Below are positions 37,475-46,172 of a stretch of 64,000 bases of DNA, piece by piece. Location of the stretch: NCBI GenBank assembly GCA_964473365.1, contig CAYYOV010000014.1, positions 137 to 64,136 of the forward strand, written 5' to 3'. Under the pieces are notes generated by a model, which had not been told where the DNA came from, searched no databases, and saw nothing but the letters and a program-made list of their open reading frames with translations. The translations under genes were made by a program, and so were the position numbers. Within the stretch, counting starts at the first letter, position 1. Each line of letters starts with the position of its first letter. Source of the DNA: an uncultured Ignavibacteriaceae bacterium (GTDB lineage Bacteria; Bacteroidota; Ignavibacteria; UBA10030).

Positions 37475-38091
37475 GCTCTCATGTATCCGTGCAATTCTTC
37501 CCGGAGAAATGCCCGGGCCCGATGCAACCGTGATTTGACCGCCGGTACGCTGAGCCCCAGGATCTTCGAGGTCTCCGCCGCGGACCGTTCTTCAACATCG
37601 CGAAGGACGAACACCGAACGGTAGTCCGGCGGGAGCTTGGCGATGGCTTCGTCGAGATGCATCCTGGTCTCCCGCTTCAACACTCCATCGAGGGGCGTCT
37701 CGCGCCACGACGGGATCGTCTGGCGCACGTGTCCGTCTTCGTCGTGTGGAGGATTGTTCGTGAAGCCTTCGGGTGCATCGATGCTGACGGAGGCCCTGGC
37801 CAGTTTCGACCTCCGCATCTTCATGAGACAGTTGTTCGTCACCACCCGGTACAGCCACGTCGAGAATTTCGACCGGCGGTCGAACTGGTGCAGCTTTCGA
37901 AAGACGTTGACGAACGTGTCCTGGAAGACCTCTTCCGCCGCCTCCTGGTCGCGACAGAGCTTGAAGGCATACCGATACACGAGATCCTCGTACCGATTGA
38001 CGAGCGTGGTAAATGCCCGCTGATCGCCCCGTTGTGCCGCGGCAAGAAGCTCAGATTCCTCGTTCGAGTCGTATGTCGCGGACGCCTTCAT
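37471..38091 (-). CDS. ECF (group IV) sigma-70 factor
   Basis: Region 2 (LVYRYAFKLCRDQEAAEEVFQDTFVNVFRKL...FSTWLYRVVTNNC) and region 4 (RSVFVLRDVEERSAAETSKILGLSVPAVKSRLHRAR). ATG 38091 gives 206 aa. The upstream part of the tracked ORF is Arg/Pro-rich and is not used. Confidence 0.9.
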   Translation of the reverse strand: MKASATYDSNEESELLAAAQRGDQRAFTTLVNRYEDLVYRYAFKLCRDQEAAEEVFQDTFVNVFRKLHQFDRRSKFSTWLYRVVTNNCLMKMRRSKLARASVSIDAPEGFTNNPPHDEDGHVRQTIPSWRETPLDGVLKRETRMHLDEAIAKLPPDYRSVFVLRDVEERSAAETSKILGLSVPAVKSRLHRARAFLREELHGYMRA

Positions 38092-38542
38092 TCGTTTGAT
38101 GTTGCCAGAATAAAGAAGGATTCGGGGAAATGCCAGATTGTCCGCGGAACTGCCTATCCGAGCCGATATCCGCATGGGCCGAGGCGAGCGAGGAGGCAGA
38201 GGCAGCCGAACGAATCGAAGACCAGGAGTGCGATAGGTGGCCCATGGAACCGTCACTGCAGCGGATCTTCGCGACCTTCGTGTCTGATGGACGAGAAAGT
38301 TCTTCAGCGACCTTTCTGCGCAATGATCCGGGACGGTGGGTCTGGCGGCGACAGCCAACATCAAGTTGGTGAACCGGTCAGCTGATCCGTCTCGCGCACC
38401 TTCCTGATTCTCGAAAACAGTTGCTTGCCTCTAGCAAACATGAGACGCGCGGTACGGACTTCGGCAAATTCCAGCCCTAATCGTCTTTTCGGCCTGGCAT
38501 ATAACTTGTCATTTATAGGTGTAGGTATTCGGAGTGATTCCT

Positions 38543-39007
38543 ATGGAAACTGGCCAAGACCGCAAGAAACCTCTCTATTCCATAGGGACGGTTGCGCGCA
38601 TCCTCAATGTGGCTGTCCAGACGTTGCGGATGTACGAACGCGAAGGACTGATCGTCCCCTCAAAGTCGCCCGGCAACCAGCGCCTCTACTCAGAGGCCGA
38701 TGTCGAGCGTCTTCGCTGCATCCGTCGCGCCATTACGGAAGACAAGATCGGCATCGAGGGGCTTCGCCGCCTGCATTCGCTGATCCCGTGCTGGGACATC
38801 ATCAAGTGTTCCCAGACAGACCGGCGCAATTGCTCCGCCTTCCGCGGTCACGAAGGGGGATGTTGGACACATCTGCATACCCGTAATGTCTGCGCTTCGC
38901 GCGACTGCCGCGTGTGCCCGGTGTACGAGCTTGCGGTCGACTGCGGTGATATCAAAGAGACCATCATCATGGCTTCGAAAGCATATGACGACCCTGTCAC
39001 GGCGTAA
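38543..39007 (+). CDS. MerR-family transcriptional regulator with a C-terminal Cys-rich (two CW motifs) domain
   Basis: HTH YSIGTVARILNVAVQTLRMYEREGLI. The C-terminus has 8 Cys in 52 aa, including CWDIIKC and CWTHLHTRNVC. ATG 38543 has GGAG 8 nt upstream; the tracked GTG is at 38534. Confidence 0.85.
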   Translation: METGQDRKKPLYSIGTVARILNVAVQTLRMYEREGLIVPSKSPGNQRLYSEADVERLRCIRRAITEDKIGIEGLRRLHSLIPCWDIIKCSQTDRRNCSAFRGHEGGCWTHLHTRNVCASRDCRVCPVYELAVDCGDIKETIIMASKAYDDPVTA

Positions 39008-41192
39008 GTTCCTGAAGATCTCCGGCGCCACTGTCGCAGCCGCCTCGGCGGTCGCTGCTGCCGGAACCTCCATCTCTTCGTCACTGCGCTCATCGGGCGC
39101 CGCCAAGGGCGACCGGTCTGTGGCGACGTTCTGCGACATCTGTTTCTGGAAGTGCGGGGCGATCGCCCACGTCCGGGATGGAACGCTCTGGAAAGTGGAA
39201 GGCAATCCGCTCGACCCGCTGAGTCAGGGCCGTCTGTGTCCGCGGGGTACGGGCGGCGTGGGCGCGTCCTTCGACACCGACCGGTTGCGCGCTCCGCTGA
39301 TCCGGCGCCAGGACCGTGGAGAGGATGAATGGGTGGAGGTGACCTGGGATGAGGCCATGACGTACATCGCCGGGAAGATGCAGAAGATCAAGGCGTCGTA
39401 CGGGCCAGAGTCGATCGCCCTGTTCAGCCATGGCATCGGCGGCAACTTCTTCAAGCACACCATCAAAGCATTCGGCTCGCCGAACATCACGGCGCCGTCG
39501 TTCGCCCAGTGCCGCGGACCGCGCGACGTCGGGTTCCGACTGACGTTCGGCGAAGATGTCTCCTCGCCTGAGCGCACCGATATTCGCAACGCACAGTGTC
39601 TCGTCCTCATCGGATCGCACCTGGGCGAGAACATGCACAACACGCAAGTACAGGAATTTGCCGATGCGGTGGGCGACGGCGCGAGCGTCATCGTCGTCGA
39701 TCCCCGGTATTCGATCGCCGCGAGCAAGGCGAAGTACTACCTTCCGATCAAGCCCGGGACCGACCTGGCCCTGCTACTGGCGTGGATGCATGTCATCGTG
39801 AACGAGAAGTTGTACGACGCGGAGTACGTGAAGCAATATGGGTTCGGGTTCGAACCGTTCGCCGCATCGCTCGCATCGTACACGCCCGAGTGGGCCTATC
39901 CGGAGACCGGTATCGATCCGGAGCTCATTCGTGCAACGGCGCGCGAGATGGCCCGCTATCGGCCGGCCACGCTGATCCATCCGGGCCGGCACGCAACATG
40001 GTATGGCGACGACGCTCAACGCAGCCGCGCCATTGCGTTGCTGAACGCGCTCATGGGCTCGTGGGGTCGAAAGGGGGGCTTCTACACGCCGCAGTCCATG
40101 GATGTTCCGGCGTACCCCACGCCGGCATATCCCACCCCGTCGAAACCCAAGGTCGACAACCCCGGACACAAGTACCCGTTCGCGCACGAAACGATCACGA
40201 CCGGGATCCGCGAAGCGACGATCACAGGCAAGCCGTATCCGATCAAAGGGTGGTTCGTGTACGCTACCAACCTGCTCCATGCCCTTCCGAACGAAGAGGA
40301 GACGATCCGGGCGATGCAGAACCTGGACCTCCTCGTCGTCGTCGACGTGATCCCGAGCGAGATCGCCGGATGGGCCGACGTGGTCCTTCCCGAGTCGATC
40401 TACCTGGAGCGGCATGACGACCTGAACGTCGAGTGGTTCCGCGATCCGTTCGTCGCCGTCCGGCAACCGGTCGTTGAATCGCCGAACGACCAAAAGCCGA
40501 ACTGGTGGATGGCGAAGACGCTGGCGGAAAAGCTGGGCCTGGGCGCGTACTATCCGTGGAAGGACATCGAAGAATATCTCTCGCATCGCGTCACGGCCGC
40601 CGGCCTGTCGTGGGATGAACTGCAGCAGAAGGGGATCATCCGCGGTCCGAAACAGCCGATCTACTTTGACGAAGGCGTGCCTGCAGAATTCCCCACGCCA
40701 TCGGGGAAGATCGAGTTCTTCTCGCTCCAACTGCAAACGGCGGGCTTCGATCCTGTGCCGGTCTACCAGAGACCGAAGTCGGGACCGCCGGGGAGCTTCC
40801 GCCTCCTGTACGGCCGATCGCCCGTGCATTCGTTCAGCAGAACGCAGAGCAATCCGGTCCTGATGGACATGATGGACGAGAATATGGTGTGGGTCAACGC
40901 CGACGTCGCATCGCGCAACGGCTGGAAGACGGGAGACTGGGTCGTGCTCCGTAATCAGGACAACGTCGTCAGCAATCGGATCAAAGTGCTCGCAACCGAG
41001 CGGATCCGGCCCGAGTGTGTCTACATGGTCCACGGCTTTGGCCATACATCCAAGCGACTGCGGAGAGCATTGGGCCGTGGCGCGAGCGATGCACAGCTGG
41101 TGACCCGATATACGGTGGACCCGTTGATGGGAGGGACGGGGATGAATGTGAATTTCGTGACCATCGAGACGGCGGAGGTGGACCGTGGCTAG
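38985..41192 (+). CDS. Molybdopterin (bis-MGD) oxidoreductase catalytic subunit, PsrA/PhsA/TtrA-like
   Basis: Tat signal SRRKFLKISGATVAAASAVAAAG. N-terminal 4Fe-4S motif C-x2-C-x3-C-x27-C (FCDICFWKCG...GRLCPRG). Size is about 735 aa. It is followed by 4Fe-4S and NrfD-type subunits. Confidence 0.9.
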   Translation: MTTLSRRKFLKISGATVAAASAVAAAGTSISSSLRSSGAAKGDRSVATFCDICFWKCGAIAHVRDGTLWKVEGNPLDPLSQGRLCPRGTGGVGASFDTDRLRAPLIRRQDRGEDEWVEVTWDEAMTYIAGKMQKIKASYGPESIALFSHGIGGNFFKHTIKAFGSPNITAPSFAQCRGPRDVGFRLTFGEDVSSPERTDIRNAQCLVLIGSHLGENMHNTQVQEFADAVGDGASVIVVDPRYSIAASKAKYYLPIKPGTDLALLLAWMHVIVNEKLYDAEYVKQYGFGFEPFAASLASYTPEWAYPETGIDPELIRATAREMARYRPATLIHPGRHATWYGDDAQRSRAIALLNALMGSWGRKGGFYTPQSMDVPAYPTPAYPTPSKPKVDNPGHKYPFAHETITTGIREATITGKPYPIKGWFVYATNLLHALPNEEETIRAMQNLDLLVVVDVIPSEIAGWADVVLPESIYLERHDDLNVEWFRDPFVAVRQPVVESPNDQKPNWWMAKTLAEKLGLGAYYPWKDIEEYLSHRVTAAGLSWDELQQKGIIRGPKQPIYFDEGVPAEFPTPSGKIEFFSLQLQTAGFDPVPVYQRPKSGPPGSFRLLYGRSPVHSFSRTQSNPVLMDMMDENMVWVNADVASRNGWKTGDWVVLRNQDNVVSNRIKVLATERIRPECVYMVHGFGHTSKRLRRALGRGASDAQLVTRYTVDPLMGGTGMNVNFVTIETAEVDRG

Positions 41193-41724
41193 GCTCGCGA
41201 TGGTCATCGATACGGCGCGATGCGTCGGCTGTATGGACTGCGTCGTGGCGTGCAAGACGGAGAACAACGTCGCCGAGGGGTTCAACCGCGACTGGATCGT
41301 CTACGACACGCAAGGGAAATTCCCCACGCTCCACATGGAGATCCGGAGCGAGCGTTGCAATCAGTGTTCCGAGCCTCCGTGCGTCGATTGCTGCCCGACA
41401 GGTGCAAGCCATGTCCACGACTACGGGGGCGTCGTCCTCGTGGAAAAGACAATGTGCATCGGCTGCAAGGCATGTATTGCCAGCTGCCCGTATGATGCCC
41501 GTTTTGTGCATCCCGATGGGTACGTGGACAAATGCACGTTCTGCATCCATCGCGTGGAGAAGGGAATGGACCCGGCGTGCGTGTCGGTCTGTCCGACCCA
41601 CTGCATGCACTTCGGCGACCTGGACGACCCGAACTCGAACGTCTCCAGACTCCTGGCGTCGAGGAAGAACCACGTGCTCATTCCGGCGGCAGGTACTGAG
41701 CCTCACGTGTACTACCTGACGTGA
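41185..41724 (+). CDS. 4Fe-4S ferredoxin-type electron-transfer subunit (PsrB/PhsB/NrfC-like)
   Basis: Four Cys clusters: CVGCMDCVVAC, CNQCSEPPCVDCCP, CIGCKACIASCP, CTFC...CVSVCP. GTG 41185 has GGAGG 6 nt upstream. Confidence 0.9.
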   Translation: MARLAMVIDTARCVGCMDCVVACKTENNVAEGFNRDWIVYDTQGKFPTLHMEIRSERCNQCSEPPCVDCCPTGASHVHDYGGVVLVEKTMCIGCKACIASCPYDARFVHPDGYVDKCTFCIHRVEKGMDPACVSVCPTHCMHFGDLDDPNSNVSRLLASRKNHVLIPAAGTEPHVYYLT

Positions 41725-41738
41725 GATTCCGGTGAAGC

Positions 41739-41766
41739 ACGAAATGCGAAATACGAAATCCGAAAC
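41739..41766. repeat. Four tandem heptamers NCGAAAY in the spacer between the B and C subunit genes
   Basis: ACGAAAT GCGAAAT ACGAAAT CCGAAAC, flanked by GCAC...GAGCACG. It lies inside a 147-nt gap in an otherwise tight operon. Confidence 0.7.
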
Positions 41767-41871
41767 GAGCACGACTGGTGGATGTCCGGGCGGCCATATG
41801 GACTCCGTCCTTCGTGGATCCCTGCCTGCGGCAGGCAGGCTCGAGTTCCGCTTCTTTCCGAGGGCTTGACC

Positions 41872-42819
41872 ATGCATGAACTCTTTTCGACACGGAACAA
41901 TCATCTGATCGATCCCGCCCTGGCGATCTGGGGCTGGGAGATCCCGGTCTACTTGTTCATCGGCGGACTGGTCGCCGGCTTCATGATCATCGCCGGCTAT
42001 TTCACGCTGCGGGGTCATCACCGGCACAGCGATTTCTCGAACTTCTATCTGCCCCACCTGAGCCTCGTGCTCCTGTCGCTGGGCATGTTCGCGCTGTTCC
42101 TGGACCTCGAGCACAAGCTCTACGTGTGGCGGTTGTATCTGGCGTTCGAGTTCACGTCGCCTATGTCGTGGGGCGCATGGATCCTCGTGCTCGTCTATCC
42201 GACGCTGCTGTTGAACACGCTGGTCGCCATTCCAAAGCGTTTCCGGAATCGCATACCGATCTTCGACCGCATCTCGGCGATGATCGCAGAACGCCCCATG
42301 CTCGCCAAAAACATCGGCGTGCTCAATATGATCATGGGGGCCGTGCTCGGAATGTATACCGGGATCCTCCTTAGTTCCCTTGGCGCCCGGCCGCTGTGGA
42401 GCAGCTCGATGCTCTGGGTGCTGTTCCTGACCTCCGGATTGTCGTCGGCCGCTGCGCTGGTGCATCTCATTACGACCGACCGGACGGAGCGGGAACTTCT
42501 GGCGAAGGCCGACAACAGCTTCCTCATCTTCGAGCTCCTCATCTTTGTCCTGTTCTTCATCGGGCTCGTGTCGTCATCGCAGGCCCAGCATCATGCGGCC
42601 GACATGCTGCTCACGGGGCCCTACGCAGCCGCGTTCTGGGTGTTCGTCGTTCTGCTCGGGATCATCATCCCGCTGTTCCTTCAGCTCCTCGCCGTCAATC
42701 ACAAGGTCCGGCACACGGCGATCGCACCGATCATGGTCATCGCCGGGGGCATCGCACTCCGGTTTGTGATCGTCTTCGCCGGTCAGGCAAGCCATTGGAC
42801 GCGGATGGCAGGGAATTGA
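41872..42819 (+). CDS. NrfD/PsrC-type polytopic membrane anchor (quinol-interacting) subunit
   Basis: Eight or more TM helices. The N-terminus WGWEIPVYLFIGGLVAG is typical of the NrfD family. It lies in operon context. Confidence 0.85.
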   Translation: MHELFSTRNNHLIDPALAIWGWEIPVYLFIGGLVAGFMIIAGYFTLRGHHRHSDFSNFYLPHLSLVLLSLGMFALFLDLEHKLYVWRLYLAFEFTSPMSWGAWILVLVYPTLLLNTLVAIPKRFRNRIPIFDRISAMIAERPMLAKNIGVLNMIMGAVLGMYTGILLSSLGARPLWSSSMLWVLFLTSGLSSAAALVHLITTDRTERELLAKADNSFLIFELLIFVLFFIGLVSSSQAQHHAADMLLTGPYAAAFWVFVVLLGIIIPLFLQLLAVNHKVRHTAIAPIMVIAGGIALRFVIVFAGQASHWTRMAGN

Positions 42820-42895
42820 TGTGAGACGTGATCTGCCCAGCAATCGAGATCTGTAGCACTGTCGATGTATCGTACCCTCTGACGGAGAATCTTCT

Positions 42896-43465
42896 ATGAC
42901 CACTCAAGCTGCAACCACCGCTGGGGTCCGCGAGCACGCCGTTGGCGTCTCCCGATCACCCCAGCCGTACATGAACCCCTATCTTGCCGGCATCGGTCTT
43001 GGGCTTGTGTTGCTCGCTGCGTTCGTCATTATGGGCCGGGGCCTGGGCGCTTCCGGTGCCTTCTCGACCCTGGTGAGCGTGAGCGTCGCGAAGGTCGCGC
43101 CGGCGCATGCTGCCGCAAACAACTTCTACGGCGAGTATCTCGGGACCGAAGGGAATCCGTTCAAAGACTGGCTGGTGTTCGAAGTGATCGGCTTGTTCGC
43201 CGGCGGCTTCCTGTCGGGTGTCCTGGCAGGGCGCATCAAGCGCACGACCGAAAAGGGACCCCGCATCGCGGTGCGGAGCCGGCTGATGTTCGCGTTCCTC
43301 GGCGGCGGCCTCATGGGATTTGGCGCCAAGCTTGCCCGGGGTTGCACGAGCGGGCAGGCGCTGTCGGGCGGAGCCCTGCTGAACGTCGGAAGTTGGGCCT
43401 TCATGATGTGCGTGTTCGCTGGCGCGTACGCGCTGGCCTATGTGATGAGGAGACAATGGCAATGA
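42896..43465 (+). CDS. YeeE/YedE family sulfur-compound transporter component
   Basis: Motifs GRGLGASGAF and LARGCTSGQALSGG (conserved Cys loop). Multi-TM. Confidence 0.85.
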   Translation: MTTQAATTAGVREHAVGVSRSPQPYMNPYLAGIGLGLVLLAAFVIMGRGLGASGAFSTLVSVSVAKVAPAHAAANNFYGEYLGTEGNPFKDWLVFEVIGLFAGGFLSGVLAGRIKRTTEKGPRIAVRSRLMFAFLGGGLMGFGAKLARGCTSGQALSGGALLNVGSWAFMMCVFAGAYALAYVMRRQWQ

Positions 43466-44067
43466 ACGCCCCGCTCTTCAAATTCGGATTGTTCAACGAC
43501 GAGGTAAGTCTCATCATCGCCGTCGTCATCGGGATCGGCTTCGGGTTCTTCCTCGAGCGGGCCGGCTTTGGCAGCGCGAAGAAGCTTGCGGCGCAGTTCT
43601 ACTTCACGGACATGACCGTGCTCAAGGTGATGTTCACGGCGATCGTGACGGCCATGCTTGGCGTCTACTTTCTGTCGGTCCTCGGCTTCGTCGATCTGTC
43701 GCTCGTCTATCTCACTCCGACCAACCTGCTTCCGCAGGTCGTCGGTGGACTGCTGCTCGGATTCGGGTTCGTCATCGGGGGCTACTGTCCAGGCACCTCG
43801 TGCGTGTCGGCGGCGACCGGTCGTACGGATGGCTGGGTCTATTTGGGCGGGCTCCTCGTCGGAATCCTTGTCTTCGGTGAGGCGTTTCCCCTGCTGGAGA
43901 CGTTCTACAACTCCACGCCAATGGGTCAGGTGACGCTCGCACAATTGACCGGCATTCCGTACGGGATCCTGGTCTTCGGCGTTGTGGTCATGGCGCTCGG
44001 AGCGTTCGCAGCAGCCGAATGGGGAGAGAAGGTGCTGGCTGCTAGGAAGGGAGGGCGGACGTCATGA
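43456..44067 (+). CDS. YeeE/YedE family sulfur-compound transporter component (second half-size paralog)
   Basis: GFFLERAGFGSAKKL and IGGYCPGTSCVSA loops. It overlaps the previous gene by 10 nt. Confidence 0.85.
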   Translation: MAMNAPLFKFGLFNDEVSLIIAVVIGIGFGFFLERAGFGSAKKLAAQFYFTDMTVLKVMFTAIVTAMLGVYFLSVLGFVDLSLVYLTPTNLLPQVVGGLLLGFGFVIGGYCPGTSCVSAATGRTDGWVYLGGLLVGILVFGEAFPLLETFYNSTPMGQVTLAQLTGIPYGILVFGVVVMALGAFAAAEWGEKVLAARKGGRTS

Positions 44068-44720
44068 AGCAGCTGCTCGTCACCAGCACACTGAATCAAC
44101 GGCTGGCGGCCGTGGCGTTCATGTTCGGTGCCCTTGCGATCGTGGCAGGCGATCCATACCAGGGGCATACCGCGACCGTCGATGCAAAGGACCTGGCCAT
44201 CATCGTCCAGAAGGAAGTGGACCACGTCGCTCCGCTCACGCTCGCCGATTGGATCATCCAGGGCCGCTCCGACTACCGGCTAATCGATCTGCGTTCGGAG
44301 AAGGAGTTCGCGACCTACGCCATTCCGGGTGCCGAGAATGTTCCCGTGGCATCGCTGACCGACGCCGGACTAGCGAAGAATGAAAAGCTCGTCCTGTACT
44401 CCGACGGCGGTATCCACTCCGCCCAAGCGTGGATGCTTCTTCGCTCGCTGGGGTATGAGGGCGTGTACATCCTCCGCGGAGGGTTGGAAGGCTGGAACGA
44501 CGAGGTATTGTTCCCGACGATTGCCGAGAATGCCGATGCGGCTGCCAGGATCGAATTCGCCCGCACGGCGGAGGTGAGCAAGTACTTCGGCGGCTCGCCT
44601 CAGACCGGCGGGACGACCGCAACGGCGGCGCGGCCGGCCATCGTGGCCCCCAAGCTCGATCCTCCCGCCGCGGGAGCACCGGCCGGTGGCGCCAAGAAGA
44701 AAAAGAAAGAGGGTTGCTAG
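44064..44720 (+). CDS. Membrane-anchored rhodanese-homology protein with a degenerate active-site loop and a Lys-rich tail ending in Cys
   Basis: N-terminal hydrophobic helix. The rhodanese fold pattern has YSDGGIHS where YCxxGxRS is expected. The C-terminal tail is GGAKKKKKEGC. The start overlaps the previous stop (ATGA). Confidence 0.75.
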   Translation: MKQLLVTSTLNQRLAAVAFMFGALAIVAGDPYQGHTATVDAKDLAIIVQKEVDHVAPLTLADWIIQGRSDYRLIDLRSEKEFATYAIPGAENVPVASLTDAGLAKNEKLVLYSDGGIHSAQAWMLLRSLGYEGVYILRGGLEGWNDEVLFPTIAENADAAARIEFARTAEVSKYFGGSPQTGGTTATAARPAIVAPKLDPPAAGAPAGGAKKKKKEGC

Positions 44721-44829
44721 GCTGGTCAGGATTGCAGATGGATGAAGAGAGCGTGGATATCAGACGCCCAGGATGGCGCCTGATATCTTCTTTGGCCTAT
44801 CTTCTCTCACCGATCATTCGGAGGTCAGC

Positions 44830-45174
44830 ATGCCCGCACCCAAGAAACTGCCCAAACGATTCGTTCAGTTCACCAAACACCATCCCACGGTCGCTGCGGC
44901 CTACGACCAGCTCGGGAAGGCGGTCCAGAAGGACGGGCCGTTGTCGGCCCGTGAACGCGCGCTCGTGAAATTCGCCCTCTCGGTCGGAGCCAGGCTCGAA
45001 GGCGGCGCACATGCGCATGTGCGCAAGGCGTTCGAGATCGGCGTCGACGTACGCGACCTGCGGCATGTCGCCCTGCTGGCGATCCCGACCATCGGGTTCC
45101 CATCGTCGATGGCGGCGATGAGCTGGATCGACGACGTCGTCGAACGTCGCCCGAAGCGCTCCCGCCGTTCGTGA
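44830..45174 (+). CDS. Carboxymuconolactone decarboxylase (AhpD-like) family protein
   Basis: The pattern LSARERALVKFALSVGARLEGGAHAHVRKAFEIGV..RDLRHVALLA is typical of the CMD family. It contains no Cys. Confidence 0.75.
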   Translation: MPAPKKLPKRFVQFTKHHPTVAAAYDQLGKAVQKDGPLSARERALVKFALSVGARLEGGAHAHVRKAFEIGVDVRDLRHVALLAIPTIGFPSSMAAMSWIDDVVERRPKRSRRS

Positions 45175-45761
45175 TCTCGCCGGCAGACGTGCACGGATTC
45201 ATTCTCGCAGGCGGACGCAGCAGCCGTCTCGGAACGCCGAAAGCTCTCGTCGAAGTTGATGGTGCGCCGATCGTTGCACGAGTCCTCGCCGCTCTCTCCG
45301 CGGTCGTCTCATCGGTCACTGTCGTGACAGACCGGCCGGAGGAGGTATCGTTCCTCCACCTGCCCATCATCCCCGACCGGCATCACGCGAGCGGTCCGCT
45401 TGGCGGCCTCCATGCCGCGCTCTCGGCAGCGGCCTCGAAAACCATCGCGTTGGTCTCGTGCGACCTGCCGTTTCTCACTCCCGACCTGCTTCGATCCCTC
45501 ATCTCTCGTCATGGCGCTCGGCCGGTCACGGTCCCTCAGACCGATCGGCTCCATCCCGTGTGTGCGCTCTACGACCGACGACTCCTGGACCTGGCCGAAT
45601 CACGATTGCTGGCAGGCCAGCGCTCCATGCACGGGTTCCTGGAGATGGCAGGATACGAGGCAGTCCCCCTGTGGTCGTTTCAACCTCCGATGGATCCGAG
45701 GGTATTGATGAACGTGAACACCCCCGAAGATCTTCGAGCCGTCCGCTCCAGAGAGCTCTGA
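45171..45761 (+). CDS. mobA: Molybdenum cofactor guanylyltransferase
   Basis: GFILAGGRSSRLGTPKALVEVDG and LVSCDLPFL motifs. The GTG start overlaps the previous stop. Confidence 0.85.
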   Translation: MISPADVHGFILAGGRSSRLGTPKALVEVDGAPIVARVLAALSAVVSSVTVVTDRPEEVSFLHLPIIPDRHHASGPLGGLHAALSAAASKTIALVSCDLPFLTPDLLRSLISRHGARPVTVPQTDRLHPVCALYDRRLLDLAESRLLAGQRSMHGFLEMAGYEAVPLWSFQPPMDPRVLMNVNTPEDLRAVRSREL

Positions 45762-45797
45762 ATCCTTTTCCGTGCGCCTGCATCCAATCCCTACGAT

Positions 45798-46172
45798 ATG
45801 GAAACCGGACAACTCGTTCTCTACGGCATTTTGGCCTTGTGGCTTATCCTGCGGGTGCGACGATGGTACATCGCTCGGGACATCCCGCGGTACGGAGGCC
45901 AGGAGGTCGCTGAGCGGCTTCGGACAGGCAAGGCCGTTCTCGTCGACGTTCGAACCTCGCAGGAACGATCGCAGCAAAGCATCCCGGGTTCGGTCCATGT
46001 TCCCGTGGCCCAGCTGGGATCTGCGTTGGAAGGCCTTGAACGCTACCGTGACCGCGAGGTGATCTTCTACTGCGCCACCGGCAGCCGGAGCATGGTCGCA
46101 GCCATTCGGGCGAAGAAGGCCGGATTTGGGGTGGCGCACCTGGAAGGAGGCATCGGGTCATGGCAACACTGA
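45798..46172 (+). CDS. Single-domain rhodanese (sulfurtransferase) with an N-terminal TM helix
   Basis: Canonical active-site loop FYCATGSRS followed by HLEGGIGSW. Confidence 0.85.
   Translation: METGQLVLYGILALWLILRVRRWYIARDIPRYGGQEVAERLRTGKAVLVDVRTSQERSQQSIPGSVHVPVAQLGSALEGLERYRDREVIFYCATGSRSMVAAIRAKKAGFGVAHLEGGIGSWQH

Noticed and set aside
38092-38542. ECF-type promoter (GGAAC/GAACC ... CGT) and MerR operator in the divergent 450-nt region
   Set aside because: The GGAAC-like words found (38146-38150, 38246-38250, 38371-38375) are on the plus strand with non-canonical spacing. Only weak 5-bp palindromes are present. That is not enough to call sites without a genome-wide motif.
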